DNA of 20,000 bases, from the IMG/VR virus record IMGVR_UViG_3300029705_000112. One strand, written 5' to 3'. The notes beneath the pieces are model-generated. The model did no database searches. It was not told where the DNA came from and saw nothing but the letters and a program-made list of their open reading frames with translations. A program made the position numbers and the translations under genes. Shown one piece after another: positions 1 to 7,588 of this stretch (the stretch's first letter is position 1; each line of letters starts with the position of its first letter). The stretch is from an uncultured virus (IMG/VR IMGVR_UViG_3300029705_000112) (Duplodnaviria; Heunggongvirae; Uroviricota; Caudoviricetes).

Positions 1-35
1 GGTTAAGATCGAGTATGAAATTGAAGAGGTGCAAC

Positions 36-200
36 ATGAAAAAGTGGTTGAGTGATCTTTGGGATAGCATCAAGTGGGTATTGACAGCCCCGATCATCCA
101 TTACCTTGATTGCCGGCAGCAGAACATTGACGGCAGCTTTGATAAGTACTGGGCGCGCAAGAATGCTCGCGCGGCGAGAAGGGAGCGCAGGTGCAAGTGA
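36..200 (+). CDS. Small hypothetical phage protein (54 aa)
   Basis: ORF 15..200. ATG at 36 follows a GAGGTG RBS and is the likelier start. The stop overlaps the next start (GTGA at 197-200). Confidence 0.6.
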   Translation: MKKWLSDLWDSIKWVLTAPIIHYLDCRQQNIDGSFDKYWARKNARAARRERRCK

Positions 201-502
201 AAAGCATTATCCAAGAGGACCGTGGGCATTGCTTTCTGTGCGGCAGGAATGCACGTGCTGACTATTTCGGGCTTGAGGAACACCACGTATTTGAGGGATT
301 TGGCAAGCGCAAGTTGAGCGAGAAATACGGCTTGAAGGTGTATCTTTGCGGTGATCGATGCCATCGAAACGGTGAGAAAAGCGTACATAAAAACGCCGAG
401 GTTGCAAGGGCGCTCAAAAAGATCGTGCAGAAGCGTGCAATGCAGTATTGGGGCTGGTCTGTAGAGGAATTTATCAGAATAATCGGAAAAAGTTATATTT
501 GA
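197..502 (+). CDS. HNH-like zinc-binding phage protein
   Basis: CFLC...EEHHVF...LCGDRCH pattern (CxxC plus HH plus CxxxCH) typical of small phage HNH-like proteins. GTG 197 is coupled to the upstream TGA (ORF track start is 191). Confidence 0.7.
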   Translation: MKSIIQEDRGHCFLCGRNARADYFGLEEHHVFEGFGKRKLSEKYGLKVYLCGDRCHRNGEKSVHKNAEVARALKKIVQKRAMQYWGWSVEEFIRIIGKSYI

Positions 503-515
503 AAAGGAGTAAAAC

Positions 516-953
516 ATGGCGAATTTTAACTTAAACAAGGTGATTTTGGGCGGCAGATTGACCGCTGACCCGGAGCTGAAACAGACGCAGAGCGGTGTAC
601 CCGTGTGCTCTTTCACGGTGGCGAACAACCGCAGAAACGGGCAGAATCAGGAAACGTTCTTTATCAGATGCCAAGCGTGGAGAGCAACGGCAGAATTTAT
701 CTCCCGGTATTTCCGCAAGGGCTCGTCTATTTGTGTGATCGGCTTTATCCAGCCGAGAGAATGGACGGACGCGAGCGGTCAGAAGCGTTATGCAACCGAG
801 ATCGTCGTGGAAGAAGCGGTCTTTGTGGATAGCAAAAATGACGCGCAGAGCGCGGAAGCGCCGAGCGGTGCATATATGCCCCCGGCGTATGATAATGCGG
901 CAGAGCAGCCGAAATTTGAGCTCGTGGGCGATGACTCTGACTTGCCCTTCTAA
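516..953 (+). CDS. ssb: Single-stranded DNA-binding protein
   Basis: NKVILGGRLTADPELKQT, FRKGSSICVIG and TEIVVEE motifs of the SSB OB-fold, acidic C-terminal DSDLPF tail, AGGAG RBS. Confidence 0.97.
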   Translation: MANFNLNKVILGGRLTADPELKQTQSGVPVCSFTVANNRRNGQNQETFFIRCQAWRATAEFISRYFRKGSSICVIGFIQPREWTDASGQKRYATEIVVEEAVFVDSKNDAQSAEAPSGAYMPPAYDNAAEQPKFELVGDDSDLPF

Positions 954-984
954 AAATTAAAACAAAGTAACACAGGAGTAAAAC

Positions 985-1137
985 ATGGTAGGAAACAACA
1001 AAAATAATAGCGGATGCGGCAGCACCATATTTTGGCTGGTAATAGCACTATTGGTATCAGCGCTTTGCGTTCTCCAATTTGAGCTTGTTATCAATAGCGA
1101 TATGCCGGATTGGTTGAAATACCTCATATTGTCTTGA
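985..1137 (+). CDS. Small membrane protein (50 aa, not in ORF track)
   Basis: AGGAGTAAAAC-ATG start. Translates to MVGNNKNNSGCGSTIFWLVIALLVSALCVLQFELVINSDMPDWLKYLILS, with one hydrophobic segment. Fills the ssb-ASCH gap. Confidence 0.7.
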   Translation: MVGNNKNNSGCGSTIFWLVIALLVSALCVLQFELVINSDMPDWLKYLILS

Positions 1138-1149
1138 AGGGAGCAAGAT

Positions 1150-1683
1150 ATGAACGCAGTTTTAATGAGTATTCAGCCGAAATGGTGCGAGCTTATCGCA
1201 TCGGGCAAAAAGACGGTTGAGGTCCGAAAAACCAAACCGAAATTGGCAACGCCGTTTAAGGTGTATATCTATGAAACGCAGGGCAGAGCGGAAACGCCAT
1301 TTGTTGACGAGGACGGACACGTAATCTTCAAAGGCAGAGGCCAAGTCATAGGCGAGTTTGTGTGTGATAGTATCATGCGAATAGAACGTTCGGTTGGCTG
1401 TTTTTTCTTGCCGGGAAAGACACGTAGCGAATCAAATGCCATTGCCATAGCTTCTTGCATGGATTTTCTTGATATGGGTGCTTATTTTGGACTATCTGAT
1501 ACCGGCTATGCTTGGCACATATCCGACCTTGTAATCTATGAAAAGCCGAAAGAATTGAGTGAGTATTCCCGACACGATAATAGCTATGATAATGCTTTTG
1601 GTTGGGCGTTTGAGGATAGAGCGAAAAACACACCGATTAAAAGACCGCCCCAATCGTGGTGCTACGTTGAGAAAGGGGAATGA
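1150..1683 (+). CDS. ASCH (PUA-like) domain protein
   Basis: LMSIQPKWCELIASGKKTVEVRK (GxKxxExR ASCH signature), GQVIGEF, AWHISDL and RPPQSWCY motifs. Confidence 0.9.
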   Translation: MNAVLMSIQPKWCELIASGKKTVEVRKTKPKLATPFKVYIYETQGRAETPFVDEDGHVIFKGRGQVIGEFVCDSIMRIERSVGCFFLPGKTRSESNAIAIASCMDFLDMGAYFGLSDTGYAWHISDLVIYEKPKELSEYSRHDNSYDNAFGWAFEDRAKNTPIKRPPQSWCYVEKGE

Positions 1684-1684
1684 T

Positions 1685-2008
1685 ATGGCACGATACATAG
1701 ATGCGGAAGCATTGACCGCAGAATTTAAGCGCCTTTCTTTAGGAGAAAACAGCCTTATAGAAAGGATATTTGCTGACGGCGTGTATGCCGTTATAGACAC
1801 TTTTCCCACCGCAGAGGTAGTTGAAAAGCAAGACATTGCTGACAGGCTGGAAATCGTGATAAATGCAAGAAAGCAGGTTGCAAGTGAGATTTTTTCGGAG
1901 ATTGAATTTGACATACAGCAGCTTGCGTATTTGCCTGCCGCTCGCCGGGGTGAAGCGATAGAGAATATCATTGCTAACCTCAAAAAGAAATACACAAAAG
2001 GAGATTGA
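1685..2008 (+). CDS. Hypothetical phage protein (MARYIDAEAL...PTAEVV type)
   Basis: ATG 1685 after TGA-T junction and AAAGGGG RBS. The N-terminus RYIDAEAL and PTAEVV are recurrent in Bacillota phage accessory proteins. Confidence 0.75.
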   Translation: MARYIDAEALTAEFKRLSLGENSLIERIFADGVYAVIDTFPTAEVVEKQDIADRLEIVINARKQVASEIFSEIEFDIQQLAYLPAARRGEAIENIIANLKKKYTKGD

Positions 2009-2009
2009 T

Positions 2010-2276
2010 ATGACGCTTGTAGAAGAATTGCGCTCTAAACAGAGCAGAGATAATAGGGAGCTGCTTGACCGGGCAGCCGGCGAGATTGAGCGGTTGCAGG
2101 CAGCCTATGACGGTCTGGTTGCGGATATGAAGCAAAACGCGATACGTGACGTTTGCGATATATGCAAGTATAACCTTGCGCATGACGAATGCGAGGATTG
2201 CTTTAGCTGCAAACGGAATTGCCCTTGCCGTGAGTGCCGCGAGGGTAGTAACTGGAAGTGGAGGGGCGAGGAATGA
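2010..2276 (+). CDS. Hypothetical protein, coiled-coil N-terminus and Cys-rich C-terminus
   Basis: ATG 2010 after AAGGAG. AAGEIERLQ helix followed by CDIC, CEDCFSC and CPCREC, ending WKWRG. Confidence 0.75.
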   Translation: MTLVEELRSKQSRDNRELLDRAAGEIERLQAAYDGLVADMKQNAIRDVCDICKYNLAHDECEDCFSCKRNCPCRECREGSNWKWRGEE

Positions 2277-3007
2277 AACCTATATACGTTCCGAGGGGAA
2301 AAGCTAAAGAGTACGGCGATTATGCAATAAACATTTATACCGGCTGTCCGCACGAATGTTATTATTGCTTCGCTCCGAACGTTCTGCATAAAGTGAAAGA
2401 CGATTTTCATAAGTGCATAGAGCCGAGAAAAAACATTGTCGAGGAAGTCAAAAAACAGATTTATAGAGAGCAGATCACCGGGAAGCTCATTCACCTTTGC
2501 TTCACCTGCGATCCATACCCGAAAGGATATGACAGTACACCGACAAGGGAAATCATCAAGGTCCTCAAAGAGAGCGGCAACCATGTGCAGATTCTCACGA
2601 AGAATGGTATTGACGCAAGGCGCGATTTCGATTTGTTGGATAGTAAGGATTGGTTCGGCGTTACTTTTGCAGGGTACGCAGGAATTGACTTTACACATAC
2701 ACCAAAAAGCGAGCCGAAAGCCGGCACGCCGATTGAAAGGTTGCAAGTTCTTCAAATAGCGCATTGGGAAGGCATAAAGACTTGGGTATCTTGCGAGCCT
2801 GTTATTGATGCAGAAGCTGTTCTTTTACTTATGGAACAAGCAGATTATATTGACCTATGGAAAGTCGGCAAGTTGAATTACCATCCATCGGATATTGATT
2901 GGGGAGAGTTCGGCAGGAAAGCAGAAGCGATACTCAAATCTAAAGGTGAAACCTATTACATAAAAGAGGGTTTGAGAGCGGAAATGGAAGGCGGTGGCAA
3001 GGAATGA
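2273..3007 (+). CDS. Radical SAM protein, spore-photoproduct-lyase-like family
   Basis: INIYTGCPHECYYCFA contains the CxxxCxxC Fe-S motif. Also CDPY, ILTK and VSCEP motifs typical of SPL-like radical SAM proteins. ATG 2273 overlaps the upstream TGA. Confidence 0.9.
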   Translation: MKPIYVPRGKAKEYGDYAINIYTGCPHECYYCFAPNVLHKVKDDFHKCIEPRKNIVEEVKKQIYREQITGKLIHLCFTCDPYPKGYDSTPTREIIKVLKESGNHVQILTKNGIDARRDFDLLDSKDWFGVTFAGYAGIDFTHTPKSEPKAGTPIERLQVLQIAHWEGIKTWVSCEPVIDAEAVLLLMEQADYIDLWKVGKLNYHPSDIDWGEFGRKAEAILKSKGETYYIKEGLRAEMEGGGKE

Positions 3008-3159
3008 CTCTTGAACAAGCTATTGAGCTTCTCAAAAAAGAATATGAGAGAGCAAAGAAAATGGAGTATGTGCAGAGACCTCTTGCTTGGGCGTTGTTTC
3101 AAGTATGGAAGAAAGCTGAAAGATCGAAAATGAAAGGAGCGGACGATGAAAGCGTATAG
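3004..3159 (+). CDS. Small hypothetical protein (51 aa, not in ORF track)
   Basis: ATGA overlap with the radical SAM stop. Translates to MTLEQAIELLKKEYERAKKMEYVQRPLAWALFQVWKKAERSKMKGADDESV. Confidence 0.65.
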   Translation: MTLEQAIELLKKEYERAKKMEYVQRPLAWALFQVWKKAERSKMKGADDESV

Positions 3160-3496
3160 AGTTGAAAACCAAGAAAAAGGGCACGGCATTTGGCGCGATT
3201 TTGACGGCACGATCAATCCGGTGTTCTCCAAACTCACGCAGGGCAAGTGCAAAGATATGCCCATGGAAGATAGCGATTTTTACCGACAGGACGGCAAGCA
3301 ATGGTTTTCCGCTACCGATACACCCGAAAAGCTGAAAGCGTGGTTCTCTGCTCTTGACGTGGCAGAGATGGAAAGGCTGGGCTACAAGGTATATGAGTTT
3401 GAGATCAGCCATTGCAGAGCGGTTTCTGAATACGAAATCTGCTTTACAAGAGATTGCATCATTTCGCAGAGAGAAATAGATCCGCGCTTGATATAG
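3146..3496 (+). CDS. Hypothetical protein, possible minimal ADP-ribosyltransferase-like fold
   Basis: AAAGGAG RBS, so the CDS itself is well supported. The YR / FSAT / EYE pattern suggests an ART-like fold but is only inference. Confidence 0.75.
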   Translation: MKAYRVENQEKGHGIWRDFDGTINPVFSKLTQGKCKDMPMEDSDFYRQDGKQWFSATDTPEKLKAWFSALDVAEMERLGYKVYEFEISHCRAVSEYEICFTRDCIISQREIDPRLI

Positions 3497-3517
3497 GGCG
3501 TTGAGTATGATCGAGCG

Positions 3518-3958
3518 GTGACGCCGAAGGTGCAGATTGAGGTCATTACATACGAGCAGGATCGGCTTAACTATTTCACCGATCTGATGAAAAAAGCGCA
3601 AGAGCGGTACAAGCGGCTTTTCAAGAAATTCAAGGACGCTCCTTACGCGTCGGAAGAAGCGCAAGCGTTGAGTGATGCCGGGAGAGAAACGCATTTTCTC
3701 GGTGACGTGGTTGGAATGCTTGAAGTGGTTGATGCAAAAATTGCAACACCCACGAGCGAATGGATCAGCGTTGAGGATAGGCTGCCGGATAAATACGGTG
3801 ATGTTATTTGCTGTACACGAAGAGGCTCAATAATGCAAGTGACGTACAATCCAACGTATAAGTTATTTAACGTATCTTGCGATAACGTTGAAGATGCTAT
3901 TTACGTCACCCATTGGATGCCGATGCCGTTGCAACCGGAAATGGAAGGCGGTGAGTGA
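3518..3958 (+). CDS. DUF551-domain protein
   Basis: C-terminal EWISVEDRLP...VTHWMPMP signature of DUF551. Start codon uncertain. Confidence 0.8.
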   Translation: MTPKVQIEVITYEQDRLNYFTDLMKKAQERYKRLFKKFKDAPYASEEAQALSDAGRETHFLGDVVGMLEVVDAKIATPTSEWISVEDRLPDKYGDVICCTRRGSIMQVTYNPTYKLFNVSCDNVEDAIYVTHWMPMPLQPEMEGGE

Positions 3959-3959
3959 T

Positions 3960-4262
3960 ATGTACTATCTTGACAGCTTAATCGAAAGAATATCCATTGA
4001 GAGAGCCAAGAAGGTTGACGAGCTGATCCTTGGTGAAATCACGCAGATTGCGGAAGCAAACGGGATCGATACGAGAATTGTCTTGAATGAAAAGAAGATC
4101 GTGGAAGCTTTGAATAAGCAAGTGCCGCAGAAAGCGAAAATATCTCTTCACGGCACAACGGATTGGAACACAAGATGCCGCTGCCCTGTTTGCGGCAAAG
4201 ATCTGTTTGATGCGCAAAAATACTGTTCAGAGTGCGGTCAGCGTATAGATTGGGGGGAGTGA
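3960..4262 (+). CDS. Zinc-ribbon phage protein
   Basis: ATG 3960 after TGA-T junction. EALNKQVPQK...CPVCG...YCSECGQRIDW motif common in Bacillota phages. Confidence 0.8.
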   Translation: MYYLDSLIERISIERAKKVDELILGEITQIAEANGIDTRIVLNEKKIVEALNKQVPQKAKISLHGTTDWNTRCRCPVCGKDLFDAQKYCSECGQRIDWGE

Positions 4263-4263
4263 T

Positions 4264-4362
4264 ATGGCAGACCTGATGCTGTTTCTTTTATCATCAGCGA
4301 TAGCGATACCGCTTGCTTTGGCTGTGGCGATAATTATTTGGGCAATTAGCAAATGGGGTTGA
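4264..4362 (+). CDS. Small single-TM membrane peptide (32 aa, not in ORF track)
   Basis: GGGGAG RBS plus TGA-T-ATG junction. Translates to MADLMLFLLSSAIAIPLALAVAIIIWAISKWG. Confidence 0.55.
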   Translation: MADLMLFLLSSAIAIPLALAVAIIIWAISKWG

Positions 4363-4374
4363 AAGGAGAAAACA

Positions 4375-4596
4375 ATGGTAACAAGGCTGGCACAGAAATA
4401 TAAGATCACGTGTGATCGTTGCGGAAAAGAGCACGTTCGCGAAGAGGGTGTGATGGACGATGCTGTATTCTGTAATATTACGATCAGCAATGATATTAGA
4501 CGCGTTGCAATAGCTGACTTATGCGAAGATTGCTACAAGGAATTTGAAGAGTTTGTGGAAAACTTTTTTGACGAGGTAAACAAGCATGACGAGTGA
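4375..4596 (+). CDS. Small zinc-binding protein
   Basis: AAAGGAG RBS. CDRCG and DLCEDC pairs. Confidence 0.8.
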   Translation: MVTRLAQKYKITCDRCGKEHVREEGVMDDAVFCNITISNDIRRVAIADLCEDCYKEFEEFVENFFDEVNKHDE

Positions 4597-4741
4597 AAAC
4601 AGAGAGAATATGCACCGGGCGATTGGCATTCTTGAGGGCGTTACTTGGTTGGCTGAAAAGGATGTTGCAGAAGCGGTAGGGGTGGCTGTCGAGATCTTGA
4701 GTGCGGTGATGCAAAGCGAGGGCAAGGACGATGAAATGTAA
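4586..4741 (+). CDS. Small hypothetical protein (51 aa, not in ORF track)
   Basis: GAGG RBS. Translates to MTSENRENMHRAIGILEGVTWLAEKDVAEAVGVAVEILSAVMQSEGKDDEM and overlaps both neighbours by a few bases. Confidence 0.65.
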   Translation: MTSENRENMHRAIGILEGVTWLAEKDVAEAVGVAVEILSAVMQSEGKDDEM

Positions 4742-5129
4742 TATACCGCGCCAAGTGTCGGAAATGTCACCGTCTGACAGAAAAGTGATTACCAAGTATT
4801 TCACCAACGAGATGTACAAGGGCATGGACAGAGAGAATGAGAAAGTGCAAGAGGTGATGATAAAGCTGTTTTGCACATGGTTACACGATCACGGTGCGAC
4901 TGAGGAAGAGATCCACGCCTTTATTGCATGGATGCGCCGTACATACCGCCAACTGGCGCGGTGCAAAACCGAGGAAGAGCAGAACGCATGGCTGGAAAAA
5001 GAGCTGGCGCGTTGCTTTCCCGGTGGATTTCCGCAATTCAGAATTGACGAATTAAAGAGTAATGAAAGGAGTATTTTAGATGAGCAGAGGAACACATATA
5101 ACGCAGGAGCAGAAACAGAAGATCTATGA
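4731..5129 (+). CDS. Hypothetical protein
   Basis: 132-aa ORF with AAGGA RBS, colinear with the operon. No recognisable domain. Confidence 0.7.
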   Translation: MKCNIPRQVSEMSPSDRKVITKYFTNEMYKGMDRENEKVQEVMIKLFCTWLHDHGATEEEIHAFIAWMRRTYRQLARCKTEEEQNAWLEKELARCFPGGFPQFRIDELKSNERSILDEQRNTYNAGAETEDL

Positions 5130-5445
5130 GCTGTATGATAGCGGCATGACCGTTTATTTGCACATTGCAAAAGAGGTCGGTGTATCTGACTCAACGGTCG
5201 GAAAGATCATCAGAGAGCGGAATGCTTCTTCGGTAAAATTCTGTCCGAAGTGCTTGCATGAGAGCGGTAAGGAAGCGAGGTATTGCTACTGGTGCGGCAA
5301 CGATATCCGCAGCAAAGAAGAGCTGCTTTTGCTCAATGTCGAAAAGCTGCGCGGCATGATCGTCCACTTGCCCGAAAACGTCAGAGCGGAGTTTGACGGT
5401 ATCACGAGGGAGATCATGGGCTACTTGAAAGAAAAGGGTGCATGA
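5080..5445 (+). CDS. HTH plus zinc-ribbon protein
   Basis: AAAGGAG RBS. ITQEQKQKIYELY...IAKEVGVSDSTVGKII helix-turn-helix, then CPKC...CYWCG. Confidence 0.8.
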   Translation: MSRGTHITQEQKQKIYELYDSGMTVYLHIAKEVGVSDSTVGKIIRERNASSVKFCPKCLHESGKEARYCYWCGNDIRSKEELLLLNVEKLRGMIVHLPENVRAEFDGITREIMGYLKEKGA

Positions 5446-5446
5446 T

Positions 5447-6430
5447 ATGGCAGACGTGAAGTGGATCAAGATAACCACGGATATCTTTGACGATGAAAAG
5501 ATCATTCTGATCGAGAGCCTGCCCGATGCCTATGCCATTATCACGGTTTGGTTTAAGCTGCTATGCCTTGCCGGGAAGCAGAATAACAGCGGCGTGTTCC
5601 TCTTGGGGAGAATGCCCTATACCGACAAGATGCTTGCTACCATCTTCCGCATGAAGGAATCAACGGTCACGATGGCATTGCAGACCTTTGAGAGCTTCGG
5701 CATGATTCAGATTATTGACGGAGTGATCACGATACCGAATTGGGGCAAGCACCAAAACCTTGATCAGCTTGAAAGCAAAAAGGAGTATATGCGCGGCTAC
5801 ATGAGGGAATACCGTGCAAAACAAAGGGCTTTAACATCGGGTAAAAATCCGAGTAAAACTAACGGTAAAGCTAAAGTTAGTCAAGCAGATAAAGAGAAAG
5901 ATAAAGAAATAGATACAGATATAGAGTTAGAGAATAAGAGAAAGAGTGTGTCCGCTGCGCAGACACCAGCGGCAGAGCCGCCCTCTGTCGATTATGAGCA
6001 ATTCAAAAATCTGTATAACGATATCTGCGTAAAGTTACCGCACGTTAAGATGCTTTCGGAAAAGAGAAAAAATGCGATCAGAGCATTTCTCAAGCAGCTG
6101 ACGGTTGATGACTTCAAGACGGTTTGCCAAAAAGCCAACGTGAGCGATTTTTTGACCGGGAAGAATGACAGAGAGTGGAAAGCTGACTTTGACTTTCTTC
6201 TGCGCGTAGATAAAGCTATCAGCATTATTGAGGGCAAATACAGCAATAACAAAGAGAGCGGTTCGTTTGAAACCGATGAATTTTACGAAGCTGCTCTGCG
6301 CAAGGCTTGCGGTGAAGAGCTTTACCAAGAGGTTTACGGCAAATCGAAACCGAAAACAGCTGCGGAAGATCCCGAGATCAGAGAAAAGGCAGAGAGCTTG
6401 AAGGGGAGATTGAAAAATGGGTTGGGATAA
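5447..6430 (+). CDS. Phage replication initiator (replisome organizer N-terminal domain)
   Basis: MADVKWIKITTDIFDDEKI...WFKLLCLAGK...IPNWGKHQN matches the phage replisome-organizer N-domain. Charged linker and C-terminal FLTGKNDREWKADFDFLL domain. Confidence 0.92.
   Translation: MADVKWIKITTDIFDDEKIILIESLPDAYAIITVWFKLLCLAGKQNNSGVFLLGRMPYTDKMLATIFRMKESTVTMALQTFESFGMIQIIDGVITIPNWGKHQNLDQLESKKEYMRGYMREYRAKQRALTSGKNPSKTNGKAKVSQADKEKDKEIDTDIELENKRKSVSAAQTPAAEPPSVDYEQFKNLYNDICVKLPHVKMLSEKRKNAIRAFLKQLTVDDFKTVCQKANVSDFLTGKNDREWKADFDFLLRVDKAISIIEGKYSNNKESGSFETDEFYEAALRKACGEELYQEVYGKSKPKTAAEDPEIREKAESLKGRLKNGLG
5840..5945. repeat. Putative replication origin: three imperfect 12-bp iterons plus an A-rich tract inside the initiator gene
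   Basis: GGTAAAAATCCG / AGTAAAACTAAC / GGTAAAGCTAAA at 5840-5875, followed by the A/purine-rich GATAAAGAGAAAGATAAAGAAATAGATACAGATATAGAG tract. Lambdoid-type origins lie in this linker position. Confidence 0.55.
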
Positions 6431-6719
6431 TATTTCTGAAGCAAAGTGCCGGTACTGTGGCAGAACGTTTGTGCCCGCTCCCCATCATGCTCTGAAAGAT
6501 ACCAACGGACTCTACTGTAAACCGACCTGCTTTTTGCACCGTGACGAGCTGCACAAGAGAAAGAAAAAGAGGGTGCTTGCGTTCCGTGGTGACGAGGTAG
6601 AGATATTCAAGAGTGCAACCGATGCGGCAAATCAATTCGGCACGGACGCAAAGGTTATCCGCAATGCTTGTCACAATGGAGAGAAATACCGGGGCTATAC
6701 TTGGAAATACGAGGAGTGA
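6417..6719 (+). CDS. Zn-finger plus NUMOD1-like DNA-binding protein
   Basis: CRYCG...YCKPTC N-terminus. EIFKSATDAANQFG...IRNAC...YRGYTWKY resembles the NUMOD1 HTH motif. Confidence 0.7.
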   Translation: MGWDNISEAKCRYCGRTFVPAPHHALKDTNGLYCKPTCFLHRDELHKRKKKRVLAFRGDEVEIFKSATDAANQFGTDAKVIRNACHNGEKYRGYTWKYEE

Positions 6720-6723
6720 TTGC

Positions 6724-7161
6724 ATGAGAGCTGAAACGTATCTTGATAGAATCAAGAAAATAGACGTGCTGATCCTGAACAAGATGCGCGAGCATAGGCG
6801 GTGGGTAGATTCTGCCGAGGGGTTGAGCGGTGCCGCCTTCGGTGAGCGCGTGCAATCCTCAAGAAATCTCCACCGGGGCGCAGATGCGATCATCAACTAT
6901 ACCGTGCTTGAGGGTGAGATTAACGCCCTTGAAACGGAAAAGCAGAACATCATACACACCATCGAGCGGTTACCGAGTGTTGAGTATGATATTCTGCATA
7001 AGCTGTACGTAGGTAAGTATGACAAAAAGCTGGACCGTATGCAATATGATTCCCTCAAAGATATCGCGTATCAGTACAAGAAAAGCTACGATTGGGCGAA
7101 AAAGAAAAAGCAGCGCGCTGTGCGGTTGCTTGGAGCGGTGCTTGACGAGCAAGGGATATAA
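6724..7161 (+). CDS. ArpU/RinA-like phage late transcriptional activator
   Basis: ATG 6724 after GAGGAG. MRAETYL N-terminus and C-terminal sigma-region-4-like HTH (EYDILHKLY...SLKDIAYQYKKSYDWAKKKKQRAV). Last gene of the replication module. Confidence 0.8.
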   Translation: MRAETYLDRIKKIDVLILNKMREHRRWVDSAEGLSGAAFGERVQSSRNLHRGADAIINYTVLEGEINALETEKQNIIHTIERLPSVEYDILHKLYVGKYDKKLDRMQYDSLKDIAYQYKKSYDWAKKKKQRAVRLLGAVLDEQGI

Positions 7162-7163
7162 AG

Positions 7164-7195
7164 AAAAGGGTTGACCAAAGCGGTCAGCCCTTTTT
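7164..7195. terminator. Bidirectional intrinsic terminator between convergent transcripts
   Basis: AAAAGGGTTGACC-AAAGC-GGTCAGCCCTTTTT, an inverted repeat flanked by A and T runs, immediately after the activator stop and overlapping the stop of the minus-strand gene. Confidence 0.85.
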
Positions 7196-7393
7196 GAATA
7201 TGGCAAGTAAGATTGTGGTCAATGGTAAGGCTACGGTCAGAATGCCGAGCAGCACCATGATATCGTATTTGACGGATAGAGCGGTCACGCCAAAGGTGGC
7301 GATTGCTGCGAGGGTGCTTATTAGGTACTTTTTGAAGATCGCATGAGTGTTGAGGAACGCCCATGCAGCGTAGGCTATGTATAAAATGATCAT
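7184..7393 (-). CDS. Small multi-pass membrane protein (69 aa)
   Basis: ATG 7393 overlaps the TGA of the upstream RHH gene (ATGA) with an AAGGAG RBS. Three hydrophobic segments. Confidence 0.7.
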   Translation of the reverse strand: MIILYIAYAAWAFLNTHAIFKKYLISTLAAIATFGVTALSVKYDIMVLLGILTVALPLTTILLAIFKKG

Positions 7394-7575
7394 TGTTCGG
7401 ACTCCTTTTCCATATCCTTGCGGATCAATCTCTTGATGTATGTGGCTTTCGGCTCGTCTAACTGTGCAAGCCATTCCAGAATGTCCTTGTCTGTGGGGTA
7501 AAGCTCTATGCGGAGCGGTACTACTTTCTTTCGGTAGTTGGCTCTCGCCTTTTTGTCGGTTAGTTTGATGCTCAT
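7390..7575 (-). CDS. Ribbon-helix-helix-like small DNA-binding protein
   Basis: AAGGAG RBS. Basic N-terminus, alternating beta strand VPLRIEL, helix TDKDILEWLAQ and helix KATYIKRLIRKDM give an RHH pattern. Confidence 0.7.
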   Translation of the reverse strand: MSIKLTDKKARANYRKKVVPLRIELYPTDKDILEWLAQLDEPKATYIKRLIRKDMEKESEQ

Positions 7576-7588
7576 GGTGTGTTCTCCT

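Noticed and set aside
2..55. 3' end of an upstream gene (VKIEYEIEEVQHEKVVE-stop)
   Set aside because: Plausible, but too short to support any call.
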